A stretch of DNA of 63,275 nucleotides, filler included, from Phoronis australis (taxonomy: Eukaryota > Animalia > Phoronida): the NCBI GenBank assembly GCA_002633005.1. It is 7 parts of 7 records of this genome, joined end to end, with 100 filler letters (N's around TTAATTAATTAA, not from the genome) between each part and the next. Parts side by side here need not be neighbours in the genome. Positions count along the whole stretch, not along the records: positions 47,865 to 57,343 come from NMRA01001147.1; positions 57,444 to 63,275 come from NMRA01001604.1; 5 more parts are not named here. One strand, 5' to 3'. Position numbers and translations under genes: made by a program. Positions 51,226 to 63,275 of the stretch are shown here, one piece after another (the first letter of the stretch is position 1; every line of letters begins with the position of its first letter). The notes below the pieces were generated by a model. It was not told the DNA's origin and searched no databases. It worked only from the letters and a program-made list of their open reading frames with translations.

Positions 51226-52959
51226 CTGAGTTATAAAGGAGGCACAGAACAGTTCTCACTGGGTTTTGCCCAGCAAAACACACATCTCTTGATTTGTCAC
51301 CTTTTCTTCACTCTGTCGAAAACAGGATGCAAAGAATGACATGTTTTCAATTATTTCACATAAAAAGCCCTGCAGATGAGCACAGAAACTTTATTCGCTC
51401 TCGTGTTTTTGACCATTTCATTCCCACTGAAAACCAAGCTAGACTAAGAAAAAAAAGGGCAAAAAAATGCAAAAACACCACTTCCCTGCCGACGCACGAC
51501 TAAAGCCAACATTAGAGTTTGAAAGCAAATTTCTTACCGATTCCGAAAATGTGGTCCAAAAGTACTGTCAACCAACTAGTTTTTGGGCAATTCTTGCTTG
51601 TTTGAGGGCTACCTAAAATCACAGCCAATTTCTCAGTCGCTAACCAACAATGCACAATTGCAGCCGGGGGCCGCCATCTTGAAGAAGAGTGCAGCTACAG
51701 CCAAGAAAGTGGCCTTTTTTACTCACAGCATGTTCATAAAGACAAACAAACCACATTCACTGAGCCAATGTGCAACGCCCACCTACAAAATGCCCCCAAA
51801 CTTGGCCTACCCCAAAATTTCAATATTTTGGCAGTGCAAATTGGCCGCGGCTTCAGCCTAACTATTCAGTGCCACCTGAAAGTCGTGGGCAACGCCGCGG
51901 TTAGAAAGGAATTTGTCGCGGAAATTTTATATCAAATCCGATTTTTTTTATGCGGAAATATATTAAAATACGCGGACAGAACATTTGAAAAAAGCGGAAA
52001 TCCGCGTTTCCGCAGAAAATTCCAAGCCTTGATGTTTTGGTGGCACCAGGGTCATTGCTCCCATGAGATAGCCAACGTTCCTTTTATGTAAATTCTCTTG
52101 ACATCCAAAATACATTTTGCTATCTGTTTTTGATAATGTTACAGAAAATACCACGGTATAAACAATCTCAATTAAGCAGCATAATCTCAATGACTACTAC
52201 TTTACCACGAGGAAATTCACCATTGTTTGATGATGCCAAACTTAGTAGACTTTCCAGGAGAATTCCTAGTGGTCCACATGATAACCAATTATGTGACGAC
52301 AAACAATGTGCCTATATGCCCAATGGATCACGACCCAGTGAGGTTTATGACCACAATTGAAATTGTCACTTCAGTGCACAGATTTAATCAATTTCACCAA
52401 CATCAAACCATTTTCTGAAATGCAATCTCAAGTTCAAATTGTCAGACTAACAAATTAACTGACAAATTATATGTTCCATACCATGTGAGCAGAAAACAGT
52501 AAAAACCCAGGCAAAAGCGTGGGATGCCTCCCAGGTTTTTTCTCACAAAGGTTTCCTTGTGATGACTTGTCTGCCTTGAATACCTCCTTGTCTCTAACTT
52601 CCCTAAAGATGGAAACACTGCCAAGTCGGTCCTTTGAACAAAATGTTCATATCATTCAGATACTAAGAAAAGTTACAACATTCTCTAAGGGTCATTCCTA
52701 ATAAATCAGTTGCATTTACTATGGTAAGGGAAACGAATTGAAACTATAAATATGAATGAAAAAAGCTTAATTTTGAAGCTTTTCTTTTTTTGCTAGGAAG
52801 GCCAAGATATAACTTCATAAACACACTACATGCAGACATCTTTAAAGAATTTGAAAGATGGCATTATTATGAAGAAGTGCAGAAACGAGCAACCCAGAGC
52901 GTTGAAATGCCCCAACAAATGCATCGCAAATGGTGTGCTTCTAGGGTTGTTCATTTGTT

Positions 52960-53910
52960 TCATAAAAACAGCCACTAGATGGCAGCCAATCCATTTGAAA
53001 ACGGAAAAATGTCATTGCTTCTTGAATAGAAAGCTATTCACCATATTTCATAAAAATCTGTCAAGGAACTTCAGAGAAACAGAAGGAAACGGAAAAAATT
53101 GAAAATGCCACTATGGGGAACAGTGAACAGGCCTGAAAGACCTAATCTATTGTAAGCTTCATATGAATACAATTACTGAATTTAATAAAGATCCAGCAGT
53201 GTGTTACAGCGATGCAGCTATGGGCGCAAAGAAAAACAAAACTACCACTAGGAGGTGCCACAAAAGTCGAATTCGTTATACTCAACCCTGCCCTCTTTAC
53301 ACCGAGAACATACATAACAATTTTCAAAATCATGGTTTGGTTGATTGAGGGGTGGACACCAAAAAATAGACTCGAAAACAGTCAAAATAGCCACTAGGCG
53401 GCGCAAACTATGTCAAATCCATCCGAAACAGGATGATAGCGTCATCTCACTCATCATGAGCATACAGCAAAATTTCACGGGGACCTTTGAAGATGAGGTA
53501 AACGTAAAAAAAATGAAATTGCCACAAGGGGGCACACCGATAGTCAGATCTGTCCAAAAATTCGCCCAGGCCGTTCCATTCACGAAAGGAACATATGTGC
53601 CAAATTTCATGAACATACATCAAAGGGTTTTGGAGATAGAGCAACGGACACCAGACAGACGGCTGGACGGGAATGACAGCATAATGCGTCCTCATATAAA
53701 TATGAAGAATTGGTTTTGGCTTTTAATTTCAGAAAATATATACTTTCATGGATTAACATTGGACAGTTAACTGGATATTTTAGGATGAATATAGCATGAA
53801 CAATTAGGATGAACAATTAGGGGTAAACGCAATCTTAAGAGTGGCCATGCCAAGGAGTAATGGACACTGCAGACTAAAAAAATGAATAGAAATGACCACT
53901 AGGTGGTGTT
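52960..53910 (+). repeat. Interspersed repeat (Helentron/DINE-like non-autonomous type) with five co-oriented CTCF-like motifs
   Basis: TGTGCCAAATTTCATGAA...GACAGACGGCTGGACGG segment typical of such repeats; CCAC(T/A)AG(A/G)NGG motifs at 52971, 53244, 53390, 53521 and 53895. Confidence 0.45.
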
Positions 53911-54237
53911 TTTTCCAGAGTCCAACTGAAAAGTGGAAGGGGGAAGGTATCCTTAGTCAATTTCAAAGCAATTTGCATCTAAACGTCAAATAAATCTATC
54001 AAGGAACTCCACCGATGGAGATGAAAATATAAGGAAAAAAATTAAGAGACAGTCCATATAAAAACCAGTAGATTTTCAAAAATCAGTCTTTACGTCAATT
54101 AAATTAAAAACAACTTCATTTTTTGTACATGGGGAGGTATCCTAACATAAACCCAAATGCCAAATTTTGTACACTCAATGACCCCTAATTTCGCCGCTGG
54201 AGGATGATATCACAAATTGGCACAATTGGGCATATTA

Positions 54238-54322
54238 CCGTAATCGTTCGGGTAAACGCCCTGGGCGGTTAAATTGGCGAATCCAAAAAATCGGGGGAGG
54301 GCGTTAACCCCAACGATTACGG
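54238..54322. mobile_element. 85-bp MITE with TA TSD (Tc1/mariner-pogo-type ends)
   Basis: TA|CCGTAATCGTTCGGGTAAACGCCCT ... AGGGCGTTAACCCCAACGATTACGG|TA. Confidence 0.8.
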
Positions 54323-55279
54323 TAGACGTTTCAAAAATCGCAAGTTTTCAGCAACAAAAATGTTTAACATACAAAATAGATCAAAAGCTATATTTTTATG
54401 GATGAAATAACCAAGAACGTATACTGTGCATAATTCTGTGCCATTTATTAAAATCTGACAGTTTTGTGCTAGACAGGGGAGATAATCCATAGACCACTTT
54501 TTGGGGCTAATTTTAGTGGCCATTTTTGTGATCTTCTTACTGCCATAAAACACCTTGTAGCCTTATGTGACGTTTTGAACATACAGTTAAAGAATTAGTC
54601 TTGATGACTGAGCAATAAAAAATCTTGCCTCAACTTTACACTTTAGTGAAAATTGTCTTGCAAAACTGTCTATTTTCATAGTTTGGAAATGACGAGCAGA
54701 GTTTACAGACCATTTGAACAAACTTTTAGGCAAGAAGTCTGCTTTAAATAGTTATAGAAACCAAGTCTAAAGTCTTTCAAATGAAAACAAGATGTTTTCC
54801 GGGTTTATTACGCGGCTAGTATCAAAACTGAACCCGATGACCTTTGCCCACTGAGGGAGTCAGTTGAGGTTTAAAGCTTGAGGATTTATAAAAAATGTAC
54901 GTGTAACCCTCTCGTATTCTTTCATTTCTTTTACATAATCAGGTTAATTTAAACACTCTGTACAACTTTTGAATGGAAATAAATGCCTTTAAGATTAAAC
55001 GAGTAAGAATTGATATTTGTAATGTCTGGTTTTGAGAGAAGCAAGTGCATTTTAAAAAGACAAAATGGCGGACGATGTCGATGGGCCTTCATGTTCCTTT
55101 AGAGTTTATTCTGCAAAAAATCCGATCACAAAAGCTTTGTGCTTTAGTGAGTTATGTCAAAGACACCACTGAACATTTGAGATACAGGAAACTACCTCAC
55201 AAAGCAAGGCCTGTGCCAGAGTACGGACTCGTACTACCCAGAGTCGGTGAATTTCTGACCGAACAGGACCTAGTCATGG

Positions 55280-56310
55280 AAGAGTCAAGTAATGTTGGAT
55301 GTTACCACTCTGCTCCTCTCCTCCTGAACATAGCAGCCTTGTCAAATTCTACCGGCATTTCTGTTTCGAGATATGACTTTAGTGAAAGTCAGAAAGGAAA
55401 GGATCTCTGTGATCGCAAGATTGCTACACTCAAACAACATGGCTACGAAGTAGGCAACAATATCATAAACTTTCTGGATTTGAAAGAAGCATTATTTTCC
55501 AGTGGCCGTGTGAAGGGATGTTATGCGTATGCATGTTCAGTCAATGCAACAAAGTCTTTTCCAAAATACTCGGTTCCTGGTATAAGCACATTCCCAAATT
55601 CCCACTATTCCACCCAAGGAATTCGCATGTGGAAATCATTCCATGTAGATGACGGTAAGTTATTACAAATACTGAGAAAAAGGGAAAATCTATTTCTCTA
55701 AAATACACTAACATCTCTAGACATGGAGGATTTTCAACACCAAGAGTTAAAGTTGGCATTGTATCTAGTGAAGAGCCTCAACAAAAGCTCCCCTTGTACC
55801 CAGCAAGGTTACTGGAAATTTTTTGCTACAGACGCAGAACTAGGTCAGCATTTGGATGTGGGTAACCACACTGAACATTTACAGAGGGAAACCACGTGTG
55901 ACCACATCGCACGACAGTGGTCAGAAATACTTTCAGATGCAAGAAACGGAGCGTCATTTGAGGCAGCCTCAGAGTTCTATTTGGATGAGACGAATGCTGA
56001 AGCAATAGGTAGGCATTGAAAAAAGGTAAAAGGTCAACAAGATTTCCAGCAAAGGTTAAGAACTTTCTGACGAACATATTCGATGAAGGAGATAAGTCAG
56101 GTAAAAACGTTCACCCTCGGAAGTGCCAAAATGGAGAAAACATTACGAGAACCCACTGGGAAAGTGTTTATCTCTGATATTAAGTGAACCGCAGATTGGT
56201 GGATTTTTTCGAGGTTGTCTGCAGCAATGTTTATGATGATGCTATTTCCGTTGAAGATGCTGTTATGTCGTCAGATTTACTGAATGAAGTGGTAAATGAG
56301 CTCAACGTTT
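55280..56310 (+). pseudogene. Degenerate DDE transposase C-terminal part (probably Sola-type)
   Basis: SNVGCYHS...RYDFSESQKGKDLCDRKIATLKQH...LKEALFSSGRVKG resembles the DNAGCYH / DFSEPQ-GK-CDR motifs; downstream C-x4-C...L..HLDVGNH Zn finger; frameshifts. Confidence 0.6.
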
Positions 56311-58009
56311 AGCCAAGTTTTGTAGCATACCAGTCAAAGATGTATGATATATGAAGTCGAGACTGTTACTTCTGTTTACTTCATGTCTGTCATGAATGAG
56401 TCTCTCGTGAATTATTTTCTATTGACTGTGGATGTGTACCTTTTTATACCACTGATGATCACACTGGCAGAAATATTTAGCATTAGGGTGCCCGGTGTTT
56501 GGGGGGAACACCAGATTTCTGGCAACTGGTGGCGACTAAAATTTGTAGCAACAAGCAGGGACATTACAATATGAACCCAAAGTTACAATGACTATTGACA
56601 AGTTGAAGGATTTTTTGCACTGAACACTAGGGGGCCATATTCACCTTGGGTGCCTTCCTTTGCCTGTGGCACGAACAAGGCAGACAGAAAACAATTCAGG
56701 GGTGAGTTCAGTAACACTAGAACTTCTCTAAAATATATCCAAAACCATGTGTTCCCATTTAAAATGCAGGGCAATGTCTCGCGAAGTCTTGAATTATAGC
56801 AAGGTCCTCATGTTACTGCTCTTATTCTAGATGTGTCTTCAGTCTCCACATAAACAAAAGCAGCACCATCTGTCATTTAGAACCACACATGCCAGTTGAT
56901 TTACGTTACATATTTTTTGTAATAAGCATTAACCATCAATTCCGTTTTCAGAGAATGGTAATTAATAATGCTGTCTGCCTTTTCTCCAAAATAGAAGGTT
57001 TTTATGTCGTGTTTCGCAAGCTAATTAAATGTTCCAAGAGCCCCCTATTGGCAGCAGAGGCAACTGAGAACATGCAAAAGGACGAAGTGCAGTTCGTGTA
57101 ATGTTTCGTACGCAAAAACTACATTAGAGGCAAGATTTTTTATTTTAGATTATGAACAGGTTAGGAATGACTGAACAAATTATTATCAAGTCAATTTCAG
57201 GAAAGGTGCGTTATGGCTGCTACAGAGTTCCAAATTTGGCCGAAAGTGGCTTCGGTGATTTTGGGTATAGACTCTACCTGTTGGTTTTTATATGGAGTCA
57301 CTCTTAAATTGGACACTAGGGAGCTTAGAAGTATTGGGATTCANNNNNNNNNNNNNNNNNNNNNNNNNNNNNNNNNNNNNNNNNNNNTTAATTAATTAAN
57401 NNNNNNNNNNNNNNNNNNNNNNNNNNNNNNNNNNNNNNNNNNNATCTCGGAAAGATCTATTCGACAAAAGCTTTATCCGCCGACGGTAGGTTCAGGCAAT
57501 ATCGAAATCAAGCAGCAGATTCGTTTCCTTACTCAAGACAATCAAAATATGAAGGCACTGTTGTTTGTTTTACGGAGGTTTGTGATTTTTGTTGCTTGGA
57601 AAGGTTTTTGTCGAAACTCTGTCTAGGTTACAAGCTTAAAGAAAATAACTGTATGTTCGTTACTTTGTAGTTATGCTTTAAACTTATGAAACACATACTT
57701 CGAATCTTGTTTACGTGACTTTTCATCGTATATACAATCAAGTAATCGTGTTTACTAATTGCAGTATGATAATTATAACAAAACTTAAAAATAATAGGTA
57801 GATTTAAAAGTGGGACAAGTTGGTGAAACTATGTTGATTTGGAATGAACAGAAAACTACGTCATAGAAACATGACGTCACTATGGCATATTGCAACCCTC
57901 CCCTTCCAGTTAAGCACCTGAAGGCTGCTTCTTTTTAAATCTCACTGATCTTCGTAAGTTGTGTGGCCCTTACCCATTCCTTGCAAAATGCCTGACTTTT
58001 CTCCTTGTA

Positions 58010-58120
58010 CGTAAACATACGAATTATATGTGTCCCTTCTTGTGGCAGAAATGACATTCGGCTGATTTCAAGCGACTATTAGAGAAAATGATCTTTCTTT
58101 TCTCAACGAGGACAAAGGCC
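58010..58120 (-). pseudogene. Degenerate retrotransposon gag zinc-knuckle remnant
   Basis: Minus strand CPR*EKKDHF / RLKSAECHFCHKKGHI*FVC (C-x2-C-x4-H-x4-C). Confidence 0.55.
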
Positions 58121-59924
58121 TTTTTGGAAAATTCTTTTTACGATTCCGAGAATGAGGTGTAGTAGGCTCATGTGACTCCCTTGAATGATCGGCACCGGTG
58201 TGTTGTTTAGTAACTTTAAACACAGCTTCTTGATTTTATACCAGACTTTTTCTTTGGCTACATTAACTGTATCTTTGATTTGGATGGCTATTCATACAGT
58301 TTTGCAAATGACAAATTAGCGCCATCTATCGTGAATAGAGGTTTGACAACAGTCTCGATATTTATCGGAAATCAACTTTGTTCTCATGGTGTCATCTCGA
58401 GGATCAGCAATTGAAGTCAGATTTCCCAACACCAACAAGTATTGAAACAACACCAATAGTATTTTGCTCAATTCCATAGAACAGTCAAGTGGTGCAAATT
58501 ATGGAGAACCAACTGATGTTGTAGGAGCGAACTGCTCGATCAGTCTAGTCATCAATCTTTCTGTAGTCCTTTGATTTGGTTCTTGTTGTTGAGTAGTATG
58601 CTGCTGCGGAAGCGATATAATACCAACTGATTCCGTCATTTTCACGCTCGACCCTACCAGCTAGGACAAGTTGTGTTTAAAAAGAACAAGTTAGTAAAAG
58701 AATATTGTGCTTATTTTGAATGAACGGGAAATGACACAACAGAGATATGACGTCACCAGGACATAAAAATAAAAAAAATTGATAAATATGATGACACTAT
58801 GACTCATCCTATCAACAAAAAGCAATAAATATGACGTCACTGTGACTTAACGCAACTATAAATCAGCCAATGCAAACACCCCTTAATATTTTCCAAAATT
58901 TGCTCTGGAGTAGGTCTCTCTACTAGCGTCACCAAGCGCTCAGAAGTGGTGTCTAATTCAGGCTCGACAACAGGTCCTTCAGAAACTCCAATACCTGCAA
59001 GCTCCATTTCAAGATCTACAACACAAAGTATCAGTTCGACAAAAACATCATCCACTGACGGTAGGTTTTGTTCTGATCGAAATCAAGCCGTCCATGCGTT
59101 TCTTTGTAATTATCCTTAAGAAATTCAAAACATCAAGGGATTATGAATGTTTTACGACCGGACAATTCTCATATTGAGGATTTTTGCTGCTTGGTAAAGA
59201 TTCCTGTCGGACTCTTTCTAAATAACATTATATACATATTACAAAAATCACTGAAGATTCACTGTTTTGTGATTATAATATCCTTAAAACTTAGGAAACG
59301 GTAAGTGCATTATCAATTTTTTGTATGTATCAGCTCAGTGTATATGCCAAGTAAGCGTATTTATTTAATTATGTCAACATTTAAGAGCTCAATTGTTCGC
59401 AACTTACGTGTTTATGTAATGAGAATAATCGAGTGAAAGCTCAGATTCACAGTTGCCATTATAACAAATAGACCCTGGTGAACCTGTCACCTGATTGGCT
59501 AAAACGCTATGCTGTGACTTGCGTTATTAACTTAATTATCACTAATATTGTTAAAGTCCCAGTAGCTCACACGTTTTTAACCCTTATTAAAAAGTTAAGA
59601 AATTATAAAGATCCAAGCAGTACTATCCCATAACCAATATATAATTCGTAGTTGAAGAAAGCTTGAATAAACGCGCCACTCGGCATGATTCTGACCCGAA
59701 GAACACTCTTCGGCATTTTGAACTAACCGCGAAATCGTAAGTACAATTCATCCAGGAACCCAGGCTTAAAGTCCAAGAAGCACACGTTGTTAACCCTTAT
59801 TACATGCTTAGATGATGTTATAAGGATCCAAGAAGTACCTACCCCATAACTACAGGTAATACACACTCCGTAATCGAATAAAGTTTAAATAAACGCGCCA
59901 GTCACGATTCGAACCCGAAGAACA

Positions 59925-60329
59925 CGCCGCCATTTTGAACTTACAGCGAACCCGGAAGTGTTTCATTCAGTGGCTTAGTTTCCGTCGTCTGTGCTACTCA
60001 AGCAGTGTCTGTTACCAGCCTGCAAACGGGAATAAAATAATCGACAGCGCGACTTAACGTTAATAAAATCAAAATACGGACAATTTTATCGAAATTGCTT
60101 GCGAAATGTGGCGAATAAATTTTGACAGAAAATTTTTTGGCGGACTCGGGTCCGCATCCGATCGGAACCGGTGCGGATCGAGACCACACACTGGCGAACG
60201 GTAAAGGCATGCGGTTGAAAGCTGTTTTGCCGAAGTAAGGGTTCAAATGATAGATGCCCTATACATACAAAGGTAGTTTCAGACACTTGCATAAAATTAG
60301 TCCTGTGTCACACTGCCGCGACAGGTAAG
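59925..60329 (+). promoter_or_regulatory. Candidate housekeeping-type promoter and non-coding first exon
   Basis: YY1-like CGCCATTTT (~59928) and ETS-like CCGGAAGTG (~59952), then a CpG-rich stretch ending in a strong donor CAG|GTAAGC (~60323). Confidence 0.4.
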
Positions 60330-60566
60330 CTAGCCTCTGTGCCAGCTATAGCTCCCCCGGCCCCTTATGGTGCGCCGCCCCTGTGTTAGCAGTATGAAGA
60401 CTATCAAAATACAGATGGTTAGTGTTGTGTACTTAGTCACACAATAACAGGATGTTTGTATGTTGTTATTGTTTATGAGTTCAGTAGTTTAATTGGTATT
60501 ATGTCACGCGATTCCTAGTATAGGAAATGTGTCATAGGTAATGCATCATATGTTGTTATGTAGTTG

Positions 60567-60643
<77 letters not shown>
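60567..60643. repeat. Compound (TA)n(TG)n microsatellite abutting the gap
   Basis: Directly visible. Confidence 0.98.
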
Positions 60644-61796
60644 NNNNNNNNNNNNNNNNNNNNNNNNNNNNNNNNNNNNNNNNNNNNNNNNNNNNNNNNN
60701 NNNNNNNNNNNNNNNNNNNNNNNNNNNNNNNNNNNNNNNNNNNNNNNNNNNNNNNNNNNNNNNNNNNNNNNNNNNNNNNNNNNNNNNNNNNNNNNNNNNN
60801 NNNNNNNNNNNNNNNNNNNNNNNNNNNNNNNNNNNNNNNNNNNNNNNNNNNNNNNNNNNNNNNNNNNNNNNNNNNNNNNGATGTCAAAGTTAACGACATT
60901 GGCTTTGTCTCGCCATAATTTTGAAATAAGTGTTGACATGGGAATGGTTTATTTTTTTCACAACTAAGATTTCCTCATTGAGCGATCTACCTCAAGAAGG
61001 GGCATTTTTGTCTTGAAAGAGAGTGCGTCCTTTTTGCCAGGGGCACAAGAATAGTGAGGTGTTCGCCGGTATACTCAACTGATCTTGTATGCGAAAAACA
61101 TTTTTTCGATAATTCTACAGAACAAATTGAAAACAATATCACACTGGAGAATTTCTGTTTACTCACCACATTTCTGTGCCCGTCCATGTTACTACTGAAC
61201 TGAATTGTTTTAACTTGTATATTTATCTTAATTTGTAAGTCAGTATCACGTGTTATCGTTGGTCTGCAAGAACCGTGACAGACGTCGTAGTTACAGACCA
61301 CTCTATGAAATGGTCGAGTTGATTTCGTACGAGATCATACTTAAATTTATCAACTGGCAGATAGATCATGTTTTGAGCAAAACACTGAACAGACACGTTT
61401 AGTAATAATAGATAACAATAAAATCTATAAAACTAGAAATTTGTCCGATACTTGGTGCAAATGAACTTCAGAAACGAATCATCCGAATCCTAACTTAAAA
61501 AAAACTTTTAAACATTAAAATGTCAAATATGTGCACAAAGACGATTAAATGTCATATCAACAGCATTTATTTTTATCAAATATAAACACTAATTCATTAA
61601 ATACAATCAGTTTCAAGTAATGCCAATTACAGTCAAGTAATGTCGGCCTAAGACATTGCCGTGGCATTTTGGAAACAAACATTTGATTGACAAGACCGCA
61701 ATTTCTCACCTTCGGTCTATTTAAACGATTGAGGTCATGACGTCAAATCACCTAGCGGGCGCGGTAAAAATTGGAACGTGCGCAGTGTAAAGATGG

Positions 61797-63268
61797 TGAG
61801 TTCGCGATTTTGGGAACAGAATAAGGAACTGCTCGGAGAAAAAGTTTAATAACGGGAGTATTTGTTCGAGTTGGAAAGAATTAAAGACATCGATAACCTC
61901 CTAAGGTGTCCCTCTGTGAACAAAGGTATTTATAACAACGTGACTGTGGATGTTTTAGTCAGTGCGAGGCATAATTCACCGAAGAGCTTCCGGCGTATGG
62001 AGCCCTCATAGGAGCTTCATCGCCTCTGCTGGCTGCCTAGAAGGAAGTGACCTTACAACTGAACCACATTGATAATTGTAATTTGAGTGGAGCAATATCA
62101 ATGACAGAATTGCAAGAACCCATAAAATAAAAAACTTCCAGTGCATTTGGTTTTCAACTGTATGATTTTTTTAAAATTAATGTATTGTCTATTGAAATAA
62201 TAGTAAACTCAAGGCATCAAGAAATGTTGCCTTAAGATGCTAGTGAACATATTATTTATGGCAAGCTAATTATATCTTGCTTTGGTCACTCAACCATTGA
62301 AACGAAAGGACAAATCAGAGAACGATTATGATTTAATTATTTAGGTATTCCAGAGTTCAAATCAAAATCAAGTGCTTTCAGTCGGAGCTTTATAGTTGAT
62401 TTAAGTTCCTTCACAGAGTCTCCATAAGCATTAATTTGTATTAATTGTATTTTTGTCTTAACGTGTATTACTACTGAAAAACTTTCAAGGTAGTTGACAT
62501 TTATATCTACTGTACATCAGCCAAAACAAGACTGAAATGAAATAATCTGAGTATGGGAACGCTATGTAAGCCAAAATGATTCAACCTTTTACCATAATGA
62601 GTAAGGTACATAGAACGCACAGTGATTTATAACATTTAAAGATTTAAACTATTAACTTCTCCCGCTGTCGTCCAAGATGGTCGACCCGATCCAAACAAAG
62701 TGACCCAAATTTCGCCACAGAAATTGCAATAACTTTGCACTGCTTCCCCCAATTTTGATACTTTTTCGATTTTTTACTGAGTATGATGCATTATCTTTCC
62801 AATGATAGCAAAGTATTTTTTTCAAAACAAAATAAATTCAAAACAAAAAAAATTGGTTCGACTCGTATTGGTTCGTAGGTTCGACCGCCCTACATAACGG
62901 CAATAGCGGATTTGCAGTGCAAACGAACTACGCATTGCGCATGTGCGAGTTACTTCCTGCGCAAAGGCTCATGGGATAGCTTGTGGTCAGGCATGTCTTG
63001 AGGTAGGCAATGACCATCGCCTCTGTTGGCCCGAAGCAGAGGCGATGTAGAGGCTATAGGCGCTCTGTACGCCGGAAGCTTTTCGGCGAATTATGCCTCG
63101 CACCGACTAAACCATCAAAGTCACGTTGTTACAAATACCTTTTGCGCATAGAGGAACACCTTAGGAGGTTGTCGATGTGTTTAATTCCTTCCAACTCGAA
63201 CAAATACTCCCGTTATGAAACTTTTTCTTCGAGCAGTCCCTATTTCAGTTCCCAAAATCGTGAACTCA
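61797..63268. mobile_element. Non-autonomous fold-back/TIR element with ~230-bp inverted repeats; true ends may extend past the window
   Basis: 61797-62029 (TGAGTTCGCGATTTTGGGAAC...CATCGCCTCTGCT) is the diverged reverse complement of ~63035-63268. Confidence 0.8.
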
Positions 63269-63275
63269 ACTTTTT

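Noticed and set aside
52190-52360. FDDAKLSRLSRRIP as the start of a death-fold domain
   Set aside because: Similarity is limited to about a dozen residues and there is no splice support.
19537-57443. Recurrent TTAATTAATTAA motif
   Set aside because: Always centred in 100-nt N blocks: a synthetic linker, not biology and not a Kolobok TSD.
60541-60967. ORFs with CVCV/THTH runs
   Set aside because: Translations of a microsatellite plus an N gap.

Overview
Repeat-rich, AT-rich eukaryotic (animal, probably marine invertebrate) genomic DNA, not prokaryotic. It is built from several contigs joined by artificial 100-nt N/TTAATTAATTAA/N linkers, so adjacency across gaps is unproven. Host genes: a spliced minus-strand caspase with an atypical QSCRV active site and a C-terminal DEVDG tail (at least 7 exons, 21969-33086); one exon of an IFI27/ISG12-like gene; the last coding exon of GINS3/PSF3; and three exons of an apparently frameshifted MAEA copy. 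Mobile DNA dominates: a Penelope-like retroelement with an inverted 3' copy at its 5' end; a TAGCC...GGCTA element with 9-bp TSDs nested inside a copy of itself; three internally deleted Kolobok-type transposons, each keeping a THAP ORF facing a P2X7-ballast-like (KolX) ORF; a degenerate Gypsy element; an RTE LINE 3' end; and hAT-, Academ- and Sola-like remnants, MITEs and minisatellites. All family assignments come from motif recognition by eye; no database search was run.
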